64,000 nt of DNA from assembly GCA_965221905.1 (NCBI GenBank), contig OZ244922.1, forward strand, positions 2,528,001-2,592,000. The letters run 5' to 3'. The position numbers and the translations under genes were made by a program. This document shows, piece after piece, positions 49,999 to 60,087 of this stretch. Within the stretch, counting starts at the first letter, position 1. Every line of letters starts with the position of its first letter. The stretch is from Chloroflexota bacterium (GTDB lineage: Bacteria > Chloroflexota > UBA11872 > VXOZ01). The notes under the pieces were generated by a model. The model made no database searches, had not been told where the DNA came from, and was given only the letters and a program-made list of their open reading frames with translations.

Positions 49999-51425
49999 CC
50001 TTGTCCCTCCCAATAGCGGCGCACAAGCCCGCGCCCTACCCAAACTTTGCGCATTTCAAGCATACCTGTGTACGTCGCCAGGACGAAGAGCGTACCACCG
50101 GTCGGTACGCCGGCAAGAGCCCTGTCAAACGCGCTCTCGATATCACGCATGGCGGTCATGTCCGTTACACCCGCATACTTTAACCGCACCGCCATATCCT
50201 CCGCACGCCGTCCGCTAGTCGTGACTGCGGCATCCGCCAAGCATTCGAAATCTACATCCCATATCCATGAAACATCATGCCCGTCCGCCGCGCGATCCTG
50301 GAGTATTACGAGCGCATGCAGGGGGCCTTCTTCAGCAGACAGCAGCCGCAAGACTTGGTTTGCGCCGACCGGATTCTTAATGAGCAGCAGCCATGTATTT
50401 CGCTCACCGACCTCAACTACCTCTGCACGTCCAAATGCGGGAATCGTGGTACTGAGACCCTGCGATACTGCCTCTGCGGCGGCGCCAAAGTACCACGCCG
50501 CCGCCGTGGCTGCGAGCGCATTGTAGACGTTATAGAGTCCCGGAACACGCAGATTTACCCGGGTTTCGTTCTCCGGCAGTGAGATGGTGAGGTCCGCGCC
50601 GGCAAAGCCGTGCAATTCCACTGCTGTTGCCCGCACATTGCGCTCGGGCCGCTTCCAACCGCACGCTCCGCACACGTAATCTCCAAGGTGCCCGTAGTAG
50701 GCAGCCGCATACGTCAACGGAATCGCGTCATGGGGGCAGTAGTGCGAATCGGCTGCCAACTCGATGTCTTTGCGTGCCAAGCCGGGATCATCAAGGCCGA
50801 AGTAGTGCACCGGGCCGCCATAGGATTCACCCAGACTCGCTACCAATGGATCATCTCCATTCAGAAGTAGCGCTGTGGAGGAATCTAATTGTGAAAATGC
50901 AGTGCGCAAACCGGTGGCAATCGTCTGCACCTCGCCGTAGCGGTCGAGCTGATCGCGAAATAGATTGGTCACTACAATACATTTTGGCCGGTGCTGCCGG
51001 AGCGCCTGCACTATCGCCGCCTCGTCCAACTCCAAAACGGCCATGCTCTCGCGCGTAAGATGCAGCCTGCCGTTCCACGCCGTGTGTTGGAGTAGCATGC
51101 TCAAGACGCCGCGAGTCAGATTCGACCCCGTGGCGTTGTGCAGAACGGAGCGCCCGTCTGCAGCAAGGATATTGCGAAGCAGAGCAGCGGTTGTCGTCTT
51201 GCCATTGGTGCCAGTCACAAAGACAGTGCCCGCGGGCACCTGGGCAAGTAGGAAACCGAGCAAGGTTGGTGACAGGTGCTCAGCCACAAGCCCGGGGAGG
51301 GCAGTGCCGCCGCCGCGCTGCAATCGGCGCGAGAAAGCGCCTGCCACCTTGGCTAACAGAATTGCAAGGATCCGTCGCAGGCGGGGAATTGGATTACCTC
51401 CGTTAACCACCTTCTCGAATCTCAT
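49995..51425 (-). CDS. murT: MurT ligase (Mur ligase plus DUF1727)
   Basis: GGTALPG, TGTNGKTTT, NLFRDQLDRYGE, Cys zinc ribbon, KNP and DVSWIWDVDFE motifs. Start uncertain. Confidence 0.92.
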   Translation of the reverse strand: MRFEKVVNGGNPIPRLRRILAILLAKVAGAFSRRLQRGGGTALPGLVAEHLSPTLLGFLLAQVPAGTVFVTGTNGKTTTAALLRNILAADGRSVLHNATGSNLTRGVLSMLLQHTAWNGRLHLTRESMAVLELDEAAIVQALRQHRPKCIVVTNLFRDQLDRYGEVQTIATGLRTAFSQLDSSTALLLNGDDPLVASLGESYGGPVHYFGLDDPGLARKDIELAADSHYCPHDAIPLTYAAAYYGHLGDYVCGACGWKRPERNVRATAVELHGFAGADLTISLPENETRVNLRVPGLYNVYNALAATAAAWYFGAAAEAVSQGLSTTIPAFGRAEVVEVGERNTWLLLIKNPVGANQVLRLLSAEEGPLHALVILQDRAADGHDVSWIWDVDFECLADAAVTTSGRRAEDMAVRLKYAGVTDMTAMRDIESAFDRALAGVPTGGTLFVLATYTGMLEMRKVWVGRGLVRRYWEGQG

Positions 51426-51597
51426 AGCCTGCAGCAGTTGGCATAGATGGGAACACCCGCGCAGCAAGAAGACCCAGTCAATCGCCGACCCGGACACCGT
51501 AGCTCCACATCGGCAAACAAGAGAACATGAGGCTCAAGAGCCCGATTAGGCTTCAATTCAAGACTATGGGTGGGATAAGTCGAGGGATTACTCGCGA

Positions 51598-51939
51598 TTA
51601 GAAGCGTTCGAACCGCTCAACGTCTAGGACGAAAATGACGGCTCCCCCCACCTGCACCTCGACCGGGTAGGGCATGTAGAACTCGCCCGGCTCCATAGCA
51701 GGCGGCATGGGGTTGATATACTGCATGCGGGTCGTGCAATTTCGCCGGACAACCACCAGTACCTCGCTGACTTTCTCTTCCTCCACGCCCACGAGCACAG
51801 TGGCATTGCCATGCCGCAGGAAGCCGCCGGCAGTATTAATGCGCGTTGCGCCAAAGCCGGCCTTCACCATGCTATCAATGAGATTTCCCGCGTCCTCGTC
51901 TTGCACAATTGCCACGACGAGTTTCATGTTATCGTCCAT
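51598..51939 (-). CDS. darA: Cyclic di-AMP receptor, PII-like (DarA/PstA/YaaQ)
   Basis: MKLVVAIVQDED, ATRINTAGGFL..GN.T and VQVGGAVIFV motifs. Confidence 0.92.
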   Translation of the reverse strand: MDDNMKLVVAIVQDEDAGNLIDSMVKAGFGATRINTAGGFLRHGNATVLVGVEEEKVSEVLVVVRRNCTTRMQYINPMPPAMEPGEFYMPYPVEVQVGGAVIFVLDVERFERF

Positions 51940-52153
51940 GCTGTGAAACTCCTAGTCCCAGGAGGTCTCAGACCCAACAACGGGCGTCGCCAAGAGCAGA
52001 GCACAGGGAATACCGTTTCTGCGTCCGCCGCAGCAAGCGCCGTTCGACGGTCCTTTTACGAGCCCCGGCATCCGGGCAGCCTCTTCCACTACTCCCATTA
52101 TTGCAGGAACGGCCTTTCGCGACGCAGTTGTCGCTGATATGCGGCGCGCCAAT

Positions 52154-53236
52154 CTAGCGCAACCGCTCGATCAGGGCATCCGCCACGCCCGACGTGCTGG
52201 CTGCGGTCGGATCGTTGCGGTCGGGCTTCATATCGTAGGTGACGTGCTTGCCCTCCGCGATAACGTCCGCGAGCGCTGTCTCCATCCGCTCCGCAGCCTC
52301 GCGCTCGCCAATGTGGCGCAGCATCATCACCGCGGAAAACATCTGGGCCATGGGGTTTACTTTGTTTTGACCCGTATACTTGGGCGCACTGCCGTGAATA
52401 GGCTCGAAGAGCGCCATTTGATCACCGATGTTCGCGCCCGGCGCCACACCAAGACCGCCCACCAGCCCGGCACAGAGGTCGGACAGAATATCGCCATACA
52501 AGTTCGGCATGACCATGACGTCGAATTGTTCCGGCCGGCGCACAAGCTGCATGCACGTAGCGTCCACTATCATGTCCCAAAACTCTATATCCGGGTAGTC
52601 TTCCGCTACTTCACGCGCCACACGGAGAAAGAGGCCGTCGGAGTGCTTCTGAATGTTCGCCTTGTGGATGGCCGTGACGGCCTTGCGTCCATTCGCCCGG
52701 GCGTACTCGAAGGCGAACTTTACAATGCGTCGGGAACCCTCTACTGAGATTGGTTTAATCGTAATGCCGGAGTCAGTAGGAATCTGGCTGCCGTGATGAG
52801 CGCGGATAAAGTGAATGAGCTCAAGCGCATTGCCGGCGCCTTCCTCGAACTCGATACCGGCATAGAGGTCTTCTAAATTCTCGCGCACCACCACTATGTC
52901 AATTTCGTCAAATCGGGTCTGCACACCGGCATAGCTCCTGCAAGGCCGCAAGTTTGCGTAGCACTCTAACTCCTTGCGCAAGGTCACGTTAAGGCTGCGA
53001 AACCCCGTGCCCACCGGCGTCGTGATCGGCCCTTTGATACCTACTTTGTTCCGGCGCAATGAATCGACCACGGACTGCGGCAGAAGCTCACCGGTCTTCT
53101 CAAATACGTGCAGGCCCGCTTCTTGGACGTCCCACGTTATGCCGACGTCCAACGCCTCAATTACGCGGCAGGTCGCGTCCGTAATCTCAGGACCCACACC
53201 ATCGCCCGGAATGAGGGTTATTGTATATCCCACCAA
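52154..53236 (-). CDS. icd: Isocitrate dehydrogenase, NAD-type (isocitrate/isopropylmalate family)
   Basis: GDGVGPE, KGPITTP, RENLEDLY, HKANI, NLYGDILSD and HGSAP motifs. Confidence 0.85.
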   Translation of the reverse strand: MVGYTITLIPGDGVGPEITDATCRVIEALDVGITWDVQEAGLHVFEKTGELLPQSVVDSLRRNKVGIKGPITTPVGTGFRSLNVTLRKELECYANLRPCRSYAGVQTRFDEIDIVVVRENLEDLYAGIEFEEGAGNALELIHFIRAHHGSQIPTDSGITIKPISVEGSRRIVKFAFEYARANGRKAVTAIHKANIQKHSDGLFLRVAREVAEDYPDIEFWDMIVDATCMQLVRRPEQFDVMVMPNLYGDILSDLCAGLVGGLGVAPGANIGDQMALFEPIHGSAPKYTGQNKVNPMAQMFSAVMMLRHIGEREAAERMETALADVIAEGKHVTYDMKPDRNDPTAASTSGVADALIERLR

Positions 53237-53632
53237 GTGTTCTCCTGTTACTAGCTTTCTTCTATGCTCTTAGATGACTGCAAACACCCCGGAAAGGGCA
53301 CTTAGTTCAAGACTTCTTATACTACCTGGGGCTGGGTCTGCCTATCGCTGCGGTCGATTCGATTCAAGCGAATCGACCTACCCTGCACCGGAATCTCTAC
53401 AGAAGGACACTGTTCACCGACGAGTGCGCATTCAAGTGCCCAGTTGGTGCGCTTGATGATTGCAGACCGCAGTGCACCTGCAATTGGCGCAATTGCTATT
53501 CCTATCTCGCATTATATACTGTGAGTATGTGGTTCGCCATTAACTGCCGAGGCGAAGGCTGCGGCAGGTGGCTTTGACATTGAGGACGGTGATCCACGTG
53601 AACCTGGTGTAGGACGTTTGGAGCTGATCGCC

Positions 53633-54091
53633 ATGAAACAGAAACTCACGTGGGTTTTCGTCATCGCATTTTCAGGACTGATCGGCCTTTTCATGCTCGT
53701 CCTAACCGCGCCTCGCAACCATGTCTACGATCCGCGCATTGACGAACGCAACACCTCCGTTGTGACAAAGAGGCCCCAGGAGATCATGGACGCAATTCTC
53801 ACGCAAGCCGAAGGTCTGCCCAAGCAGGACATCGCGCTCGTTGAAAATGATGGCAGGCTGCCTACTAGCGTACGCTACTACCCAATCCAGCGCTATACGG
53901 TTACGCGGGTGCGGATACTCGGCAATGAACCAATCTGGCTCGATGCCTTCATTCCCGAACCAACCTATGACTACATCATTACGGCCGACGTGGAGTACGC
54001 CGATCGGGACCTGCGGCAAATAAAAGTAGTCGTCACACGTCCGGGCATGTTCACGGGCTTTTCGATTCGCACCTCTCTCTTTAGTCCGTAG
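53633..54091 (+). CDS. Hypothetical membrane-anchored protein
   Basis: N-terminal hydrophobic anchor MKQKLTWVFVIAFSGLIGLFMLVL; the ORF fills the gap between neighbours. Confidence 0.6.
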   Translation: MKQKLTWVFVIAFSGLIGLFMLVLTAPRNHVYDPRIDERNTSVVTKRPQEIMDAILTQAEGLPKQDIALVENDGRLPTSVRYYPIQRYTVTRVRILGNEPIWLDAFIPEPTYDYIITADVEYADRDLRQIKVVVTRPGMFTGFSIRTSLFSP

Positions 54092-55090
54092 GCTGCTTAG
54101 CTTGCGTGACTCCCTTTAGTTGACGTTGCCGCTGCAGGACCTCCATTGGGTGCGGTACCGGCTCCATGCGAGCAAGCATTTCCTCGGCGGATATGCGCCG
54201 CAACTCACTCTGTTGCTTTCCGTCACGGAGCATCTGGGACAAGCCTCGAAGAGCGGCAATGCGCCCCGCAATCGGGGCGAGAGTGCGAGTGCCGGCCACC
54301 GTCACCGGCATGCCGGCTAGGTCAAAGAACATAATCGCCGGAAGGTACCGCAGTAAACCGGGCCAAGGGTAATTCTTCGCGAGAAGCCAGACCTTGTTTC
54401 GGCCCAGAAAGCGCAGCTTGAAGGCCGATCCTGCCTGAGACGTGCCCGAATACGCGTGAAGCACCTCCGCCTCCGGGACGTATAGAGCGCGCCATCCCGC
54501 CACTGCGCCCGCCATGCGAGATCGACGTCTTCAAGGTAAGCGAAGAAACGTTCGTCGAAGAGCCCTATGTCATCCAGCAACTTCCGCCGGTAGAGTGCCG
54601 CCCCCGCAGAAGCGCCGAACACCTCTGCCTTAGCACTTGCTTCTTCAACCGGATCACCACAGTGCCGATCCCAGGCAAGTCCGGCACGATCGACAACGAG
54701 CCCAGCCGAATTGATAACGTGCGGTTGCTGCCAAAAACACATCTTGGAAGCAAACGCGCCGTAGTCGGCATGGGCGTCAGCCGCCTTTACGAGGGATGAG
54801 AGCCAGCGCGGCCGGGGCAACGTATCGTTGTTCAGCGTGGCGACAAACTCAGTGCGCGTCGCTCGCATGGCGGCGTTATTGGCCGCCGCGAATCCAAGGT
54901 TCCGCTTGTTGCGGATTACGTGAATCGTAGGATAACAGCGGTCCAGGTAGTCCGTAGTGCCGTCGCTGGAACCGTTATCAACGACCACTACCTCAAAGTC
55001 AACCTCCTCTTGCGCCATCAACGCAGGCAGACACTGCTGCAGGTGTGTGAGACCGTTCCACGTGGGAATTACGACTGAGACTCGGGCCAT
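54081..55090 (-). pseudogene. Glycosyltransferase family 2, frameshifted (1-nt deletion near 54502)
   Basis: ORF 54317..55090 has GT2 motifs up to YLEDVDLAWRAQ. Homology continues in another frame (AGWRALYVPEAEVLH...GRN) to 54081. Confidence 0.8.
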
Positions 55091-55377
55091 AGTGACTTCT
55101 GCTTAGGACTCCCTTTTGCCTGCTCTACACATTCTCTATACAATTGAGCCTAGACATCAAGCAAGCGGTACGCCGCCGTCTACCTCCTTTTTGAAATTAA
55201 GAGCGGCCGTGCGAACTTGTGCACGGCAGTGCGAATGAGGGAATTGAAGCCTATTCGCACACTCCGGAAGTGTGGTCGTCATCAGGTTGTTCAGGCGGTT
55301 GCCTGACCCCACCTCCGAGCCGGAAGTATCTTGTCTACTATACCCACAAGGCAATGTTTGGAGTGCAGTAAAGTCCT

Positions 55378-56079
55378 ATGCAAGCCATTATCCTCGCAGG
55401 AGGACTAGGAGAGCGACTGCGACCGTTTACGTCCGACCGTCCGAAGACGATGGTCCAGATAGCAGGCGTGCCAATCCTCGCCTATCAGCTCGCCTGGTTG
55501 AAAGCCGCTGGGGTCAATCGCTTTGTAATTTCATGCGGATACCGGCACGACGTGATCCAAGAGCACTTTGGCGATGGCGAGCGGCTCGGCGTCCAAATCG
55601 AGTACGCAATCGAGTGGGAAAAACTCGGCACGGGCGGTGGGCTGAAGCTCGCGCTTGGATCGGCGGATGCCGCTGAGCCCTTTATCCTTGCCACGAACGG
55701 CGACATACTTACCGATCTAGACATTGCTTCGCTCGTAGACTTGCACGTGGCGGGCGAGAATCTGGCGACGATATCCCTCACCCAGTTGCAAAGCCCGTAC
55801 GGCATCGTCGACTCAAACGATGTGCACAAGGTTACCGCATTCCACGAGAAACCGCTCTTACCCTATTGGCTGAGTGCCGGCATCTACGTGCTTTCTCCGG
55901 CCATCCGAAGTCTATTGCCGGACAAGGGCGATCACGAGCGGAGCACGTTTCCCCAGGTTGCCCAAGATGGCAAACTCGGCGCCTACAAGGCGACCGCGTA
56001 CTGGCGCGCCGTCGATACGGCCAAGGACCTTTCTGAAGCTGAGAGCGAGCTAATCGCACACCCATTGCCCCATGTCTAA
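55378..56079 (+). CDS. Sugar-phosphate nucleotidyltransferase (NTP_transferase family)
   Basis: AIILAGGLGERLRPFT..RPK, LGTGG, NGD and EKP motifs. Confidence 0.9.
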   Translation: MQAIILAGGLGERLRPFTSDRPKTMVQIAGVPILAYQLAWLKAAGVNRFVISCGYRHDVIQEHFGDGERLGVQIEYAIEWEKLGTGGGLKLALGSADAAEPFILATNGDILTDLDIASLVDLHVAGENLATISLTQLQSPYGIVDSNDVHKVTAFHEKPLLPYWLSAGIYVLSPAIRSLLPDKGDHERSTFPQVAQDGKLGAYKATAYWRAVDTAKDLSEAESELIAHPLPHV

Positions 56080-56809
56080 GGATTCAGAAACAGGGAAAAG
56101 CACCGGTTTCGACTATGCGCCTTGGGAACAAGAGCTCGACAGTGAGACTCTTAAGCAGTCTATGCAGGTCTACTACGACGAGCGCGCCGGCGAATACGTA
56201 GACTGGTTTCTGCGCACAGGGCTCTACGACCGACCGGAAACAAATGAACCGTTTCTTAGCGGCCTGCGGCAACTTGAGGAAGACGTTGCTGCATTTGGTG
56301 AAGGGCGCGTATTGGAAATCGCCTGCGGCATTGGCTGGTGGACTTCGCTCCTTGCCCAATCCGGTCGAGAGGTAGTTGCCCTTGACTACGGTCCCCGCAT
56401 GTTGGCGGAGTGCCGCAAGCGGCTTGCCCTGAACGAAACCCATGCTGCGCTTGTGCGCGCCAGCGCCTATGCGCTACCGTTTGCCGACAACTCTGTCGAC
56501 AGTTGTTTTTTCGGGTTCTTCTTCAGCCACGTGCCTCACGAAGATGTCTCTCCTTTTCTCAGCGAAGTGAGTCGCGTCGTTCGTCCCGGCGGCAGCGTAT
56601 GCATCATCGACTCGAGCCTGCCGACGCTCGACCTCGTTGAAACCGAGATTCAACGCCGTCCCCTCACTGACGGCTCGCTCTACCCCGCCCTCAAGGTCTA
56701 TTACGGTACAAAAGGACTCTCCCAAGTACTAGGACCGTTTGCGGAGGACCTAGAGATCAAGAAAGTGGAAGGCCTTTTCATCACTGCCCACTACCGAACG
56801 CGAGCATAG
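56072..56809 (+). CDS. Class I SAM-dependent methyltransferase
   Basis: VLEIACGIG, LPFADNSVD and RVVRPGG motifs. Confidence 0.88.
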   Translation: MSKDSETGKSTGFDYAPWEQELDSETLKQSMQVYYDERAGEYVDWFLRTGLYDRPETNEPFLSGLRQLEEDVAAFGEGRVLEIACGIGWWTSLLAQSGREVVALDYGPRMLAECRKRLALNETHAALVRASAYALPFADNSVDSCFFGFFFSHVPHEDVSPFLSEVSRVVRPGGSVCIIDSSLPTLDLVETEIQRRPLTDGSLYPALKVYYGTKGLSQVLGPFAEDLEIKKVEGLFITAHYRTRA

Positions 56810-56872
56810 CGCTTGTGGGGAAACCTCAAGAGTAATCCGTTCTCACGGAGACCTGGAGAGACTCCTGGGCCG

Positions 56873-58660
56873 TTATTCAGTGGGTGGCGGCAAGTGCCAG
56901 GCGGAGAGCCGGTTTTCCTCGTCCAGCACCACCAGAAGATTGCCGTCCGTGGCCACGGCGAAGTCGCGGATCGGCGCCAGGGGGCTCACTGTCCCGAGGA
57001 TGCTGCCGTCGAAGCGGACAACAACCAACCGGATGTTATCCGATAGACCGATAAGGTAATCGCGATTGGCCACAATCTGCGACACAGGTACAGAGTCCTG
57101 CGTCCACAACCGGCGGCCATCTTGGAAGAACGCGGTGATGCCCTGCACGCCACCGACATAGATGATGTCCCCTGGTTGAGAAACCGTCAGTGCGCGTCCG
57201 CGTGCCGCAGCCTGCCATTCAATCTGCTGCGACTCTATGTCGAACTGGCTGACGTGCCTTTGGGTAAGGACAACGAGCTTCTCGTTAAGCCCAGCGATTG
57301 CGACACGAACGACGGGCTCAGCTAGGTCTGAGCCCATCACTTGCTCGCCGCGTTCATTCAGCACAATGACGTGAAACCGGCCCTCGCCGACTGCTCCCAG
57401 CGCAATCTTCGTACCATCCGAGGAAAGGTAATAAGTATTCACACCAAGGGAAACTGGTGTAACCCATGTTAAGCCGGATTCACTGAAGCCGAAGGCCTGT
57501 CCCAGTCCTTCCGCATTTGACGTGGACGCAACCATGAATTGACCGTTATTGCTTATTGCAGCACTCTCCAGGATTACGTTGTACTCATCCAGCGAGTCAC
57601 GCCAGCGTACGCTTCCATCCCCATCAAGCGACTGTGCGCCGATTCCTGCCGCAAATATCCCCTCGCCTTCTCGCGTAACTGCTAGCGCATACGTTGGCAG
57701 GGCAAGGGTTTGAGTCCACTGACGGTCTCCCTGCCCTGTACGGCGCTGGATTGTGCCGCTGGTATCGCCGACAAGCACAACGTTCCCATCGGGAGAGACG
57801 GCGATGAAGTGCGCCGGCTGTTCCACCACGTGAACCCAGGCCAACTCCCGCCAGATTCGGCCCTGTACAGGCGAGACCTCGGTAGCGCGAAATTCATACA
57901 CAGCAACTTCGTGAATGGCGGCCTGGATATTGCGTTCCCGCCACTGCGCCGCGACCGCTTGCGCCTCCGCCGCAGCGCGAAAAGGCCCCAGCCAGACCGT
58001 GGGCAGTTCACCTTCACTGATCACCGCATCGAATGAGGTTGCCGCCGCCTGGGCGTCTTGGGCCTCTTCGATGTTTGGAAACGGCCCCAGCGCTACGCGA
58101 AAGACAGCAGTTGACTCCGCAACGATTTCGATACGTCCCGCCTGAAGATATAGGTCGAGAAGCGTCGGGCCTTGCTCGAGAGTCGTGTTGGCGAGAAAGT
58201 CTTCGAGTTGAACGTGCGCATAGGCGAGCTGGGCATAGGCCGCGGCTAAGGCATCATCCTGATTGGTGTCGACATAGCGGCGGAATTCCCTTGCAGCGCG
58301 CGTGAGAGGGTCAATGGCCTCGAGCAAGTCGACAGAGTTCTGCCCGGAACCACCCTCGATAACATCAACGACTTGCTGAGCCAAGGCCTGAATTTCGGGA
58401 ATGAGAAAGCCAAGAGCTACACGATACCTGCTTGGAGGAAGCGCATGACGCAAGAACGCCAGGTTGTTGATATTAAGGCGCCGGACGATGAGGATGGCGT
58501 CTCGCGAAATCTGCTCGACGCGCTGATTTGCCGGCTCTATGGATTCTTGGGGAGCCTCAATTGGGGAAGATGACGAAGGAAATAAACTGCAACTGGGGGA
58601 AAAGAAGAGAATTAGTGAGCAAAGGGCCAACGATCTTGCAATTCGCACTGGACCGGACAT
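56873..58660 (-). CDS. Putative lipoprotein: helical N-domain, SPOR-like domain and PQQ/WD-like beta-propeller
   Basis: Signal ending FFSPSC; FRVALGPF...VWLGPF..AAEA; repeated AVSPDG / DG...W blades. Confidence 0.7.
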   Translation of the reverse strand: MSGPVRIARSLALCSLILFFSPSCSLFPSSSSPIEAPQESIEPANQRVEQISRDAILIVRRLNINNLAFLRHALPPSRYRVALGFLIPEIQALAQQVVDVIEGGSGQNSVDLLEAIDPLTRAAREFRRYVDTNQDDALAAAYAQLAYAHVQLEDFLANTTLEQGPTLLDLYLQAGRIEIVAESTAVFRVALGPFPNIEEAQDAQAAATSFDAVISEGELPTVWLGPFRAAAEAQAVAAQWRERNIQAAIHEVAVYEFRATEVSPVQGRIWRELAWVHVVEQPAHFIAVSPDGNVVLVGDTSGTIQRRTGQGDRQWTQTLALPTYALAVTREGEGIFAAGIGAQSLDGDGSVRWRDSLDEYNVILESAAISNNGQFMVASTSNAEGLGQAFGFSESGLTWVTPVSLGVNTYYLSSDGTKIALGAVGEGRFHVIVLNERGEQVMGSDLAEPVVRVAIAGLNEKLVVLTQRHVSQFDIESQQIEWQAAARGRALTVSQPGDIIYVGGVQGITAFFQDGRRLWTQDSVPVSQIVANRDYLIGLSDNIRLVVVRFDGSILGTVSPLAPIRDFAVATDGNLLVVLDEENRLSAWHLPPPTE

Positions 58661-58701
58661 AGCGGGAACCTATACGACGGGGCTAATCGAAACAATACTT
58701 C

Positions 58702-59529
58702 CTAGAAGTCTTCCTCCATCATCTTAAGATCCTCATGCTCAATAGTCTCAGTTTGAAGATCGGCCCAATCATCAGAACCATCATGGCTGTCGGCGGTTTC
58801 GCTTGCGATGGCCACTGCGGAATGTCGGACACGCGCAAATCTGGCGCCCTGGCTGCGACTCCGACTAGGGAAGGAATGTTGGCCGACCTGGCTGGGGTGT
58901 TGATACGTCTCTTTGATTACTACGTAAATGTCGCCACTCTGTAACCCCACCACCGCAGCGGCGTAGCAATTGCCGGAGTCAATAAGATAACCTAGCCGCT
59001 GTGCGAGCGCGGCGTCGAGCTGTCCCAGCGGCTGGCCGCTACGATTCAAAACCCGAATGCTATTGACATGCTTCTGCAATCGCAACGGATCACCCGGCAA
59101 TGGCAGCACGTTACAGGTCCTTCCAGGTAGCGGAAGCACTTTTACAATCGTGGACTTGCCGGATTCCGCTATGAAGATATCCGCCGGCACATGCGGAATA
59201 TCGTCGGTGTTGCCAGTGTCATAGATGATATCCAACGAGGATTCCAGCCTCTGTAGATTTCGTCCGGCAATCGCGTTTTCCGGATCGAGCTCAAGCGCCT
59301 GCCGATAGCTCTCTTTGGCATCCTGCAGCAGCCCCAGTTCCCAGAGAGCCTTGCCCAGGCGATTGTGGGCATCAACGTCCTCCGGACAGAGCCTTACGAT
59401 TGACCGATTGATCTTCTCAGCTTCAGCCCAGCGGTGATGTGCGGCGCATTGGATTGCTTGTTGCTCCCAATACCGCTTGAAACGGGTACGGTCAGTGCTA
59501 ATGACTTGTGACATTTCTCTTGGCCTCAC
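58702..59529 (-). CDS. Tetratricopeptide repeat protein
   Basis: AHNRLGKALWELG..DAKESYRQALELDPEN.IA TPR motif. Start may be 59514. Confidence 0.85.
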   Translation of the reverse strand: MRPREMSQVISTDRTRFKRYWEQQAIQCAAHHRWAEAEKINRSIVRLCPEDVDAHNRLGKALWELGLLQDAKESYRQALELDPENAIAGRNLQRLESSLDIIYDTGNTDDIPHVPADIFIAESGKSTIVKVLPLPGRTCNVLPLPGDPLRLQKHVNSIRVLNRSGQPLGQLDAALAQRLGYLIDSGNCYAAAVVGLQSGDIYVVIKETYQHPSQVGQHSFPSRSRSQGARFARVRHSAVAIASETADSHDGSDDWADLQTETIEHEDLKMMEEDF

Positions 59530-60087
59530 ACAAACAGGTACGAATTACACACGAAGTTGCGAAAAACAGCATGGCACGCATGCCGAACAGTGGGAAAACT
59601 AACCACAGACACACTGCTCCCTAGGAAACCGAAGGGGAGCAATCTCAGACTGCATCAGTGCTACAATTGACTTAAACTAGAGGATAGTTACAAGTCAATG
59701 CGCCCATCTACTATAGCATAAGATTTCGCGATGTCACTAGTGACGAGACAAAAAAGTGTTAAAATACTGGATTCTTTCGGAATGTCAGGTGGACCATTCG
59801 ATTTCTCCACCAATAGCACCCGTAAGTTAAGTAAGACCACGCGCAATGCATGACAGATTCCTTGCTAAGAGTACAATGGCGGAACTACAGTCTTAGAGGA
59901 TAGAATCAGTAGTACCTGTTATGTCGTGTTCGGTCGCGCATGTAGGCCGACCAAGTGAGAAGACATCCAGGCAGTCGATCAAGATTCAGTTTCCGCCACT
60001 TGATGAACCGCCCGCGAATTGACGCGCAAAGCGCTTGCACAAGGAGTCAGCCGGCTTGCTGAGAGTTACGCGGAAAGCGCCGCTGCC

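Noticed and set aside
51940-52153. c-di-AMP (ydaO) riboswitch or small ORF upstream of darA
   Set aside because: No ydaO consensus segments seen, and the 66-aa ORF has no recognisable features.
53352-53378. 10-bp inverted repeat GGTCGATTCG/CGAATCGACC
   Set aside because: Real but isolated, with no U tract or second copy, so no function can be assigned.
53521-53580. Fluoride riboswitch-like GGTTCGCCATTAACTGCC
   Set aside because: Lacks the 5' GGCGATG and 3' CTGATGAC elements, and there is no fluoride-related gene downstream.
55157-55354. tmRNA tag-like ORF ending GGVPLA
   Set aside because: No tRNA-like tmRNA termini and the region is too short.
59612-59650. Glycine riboswitch-like CCGAAGGGGAGCAATCTCAG
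   Set aside because: No upstream GGAGAG or full aptamer stems; it is only a simple hairpin and the gene context is unrelated.
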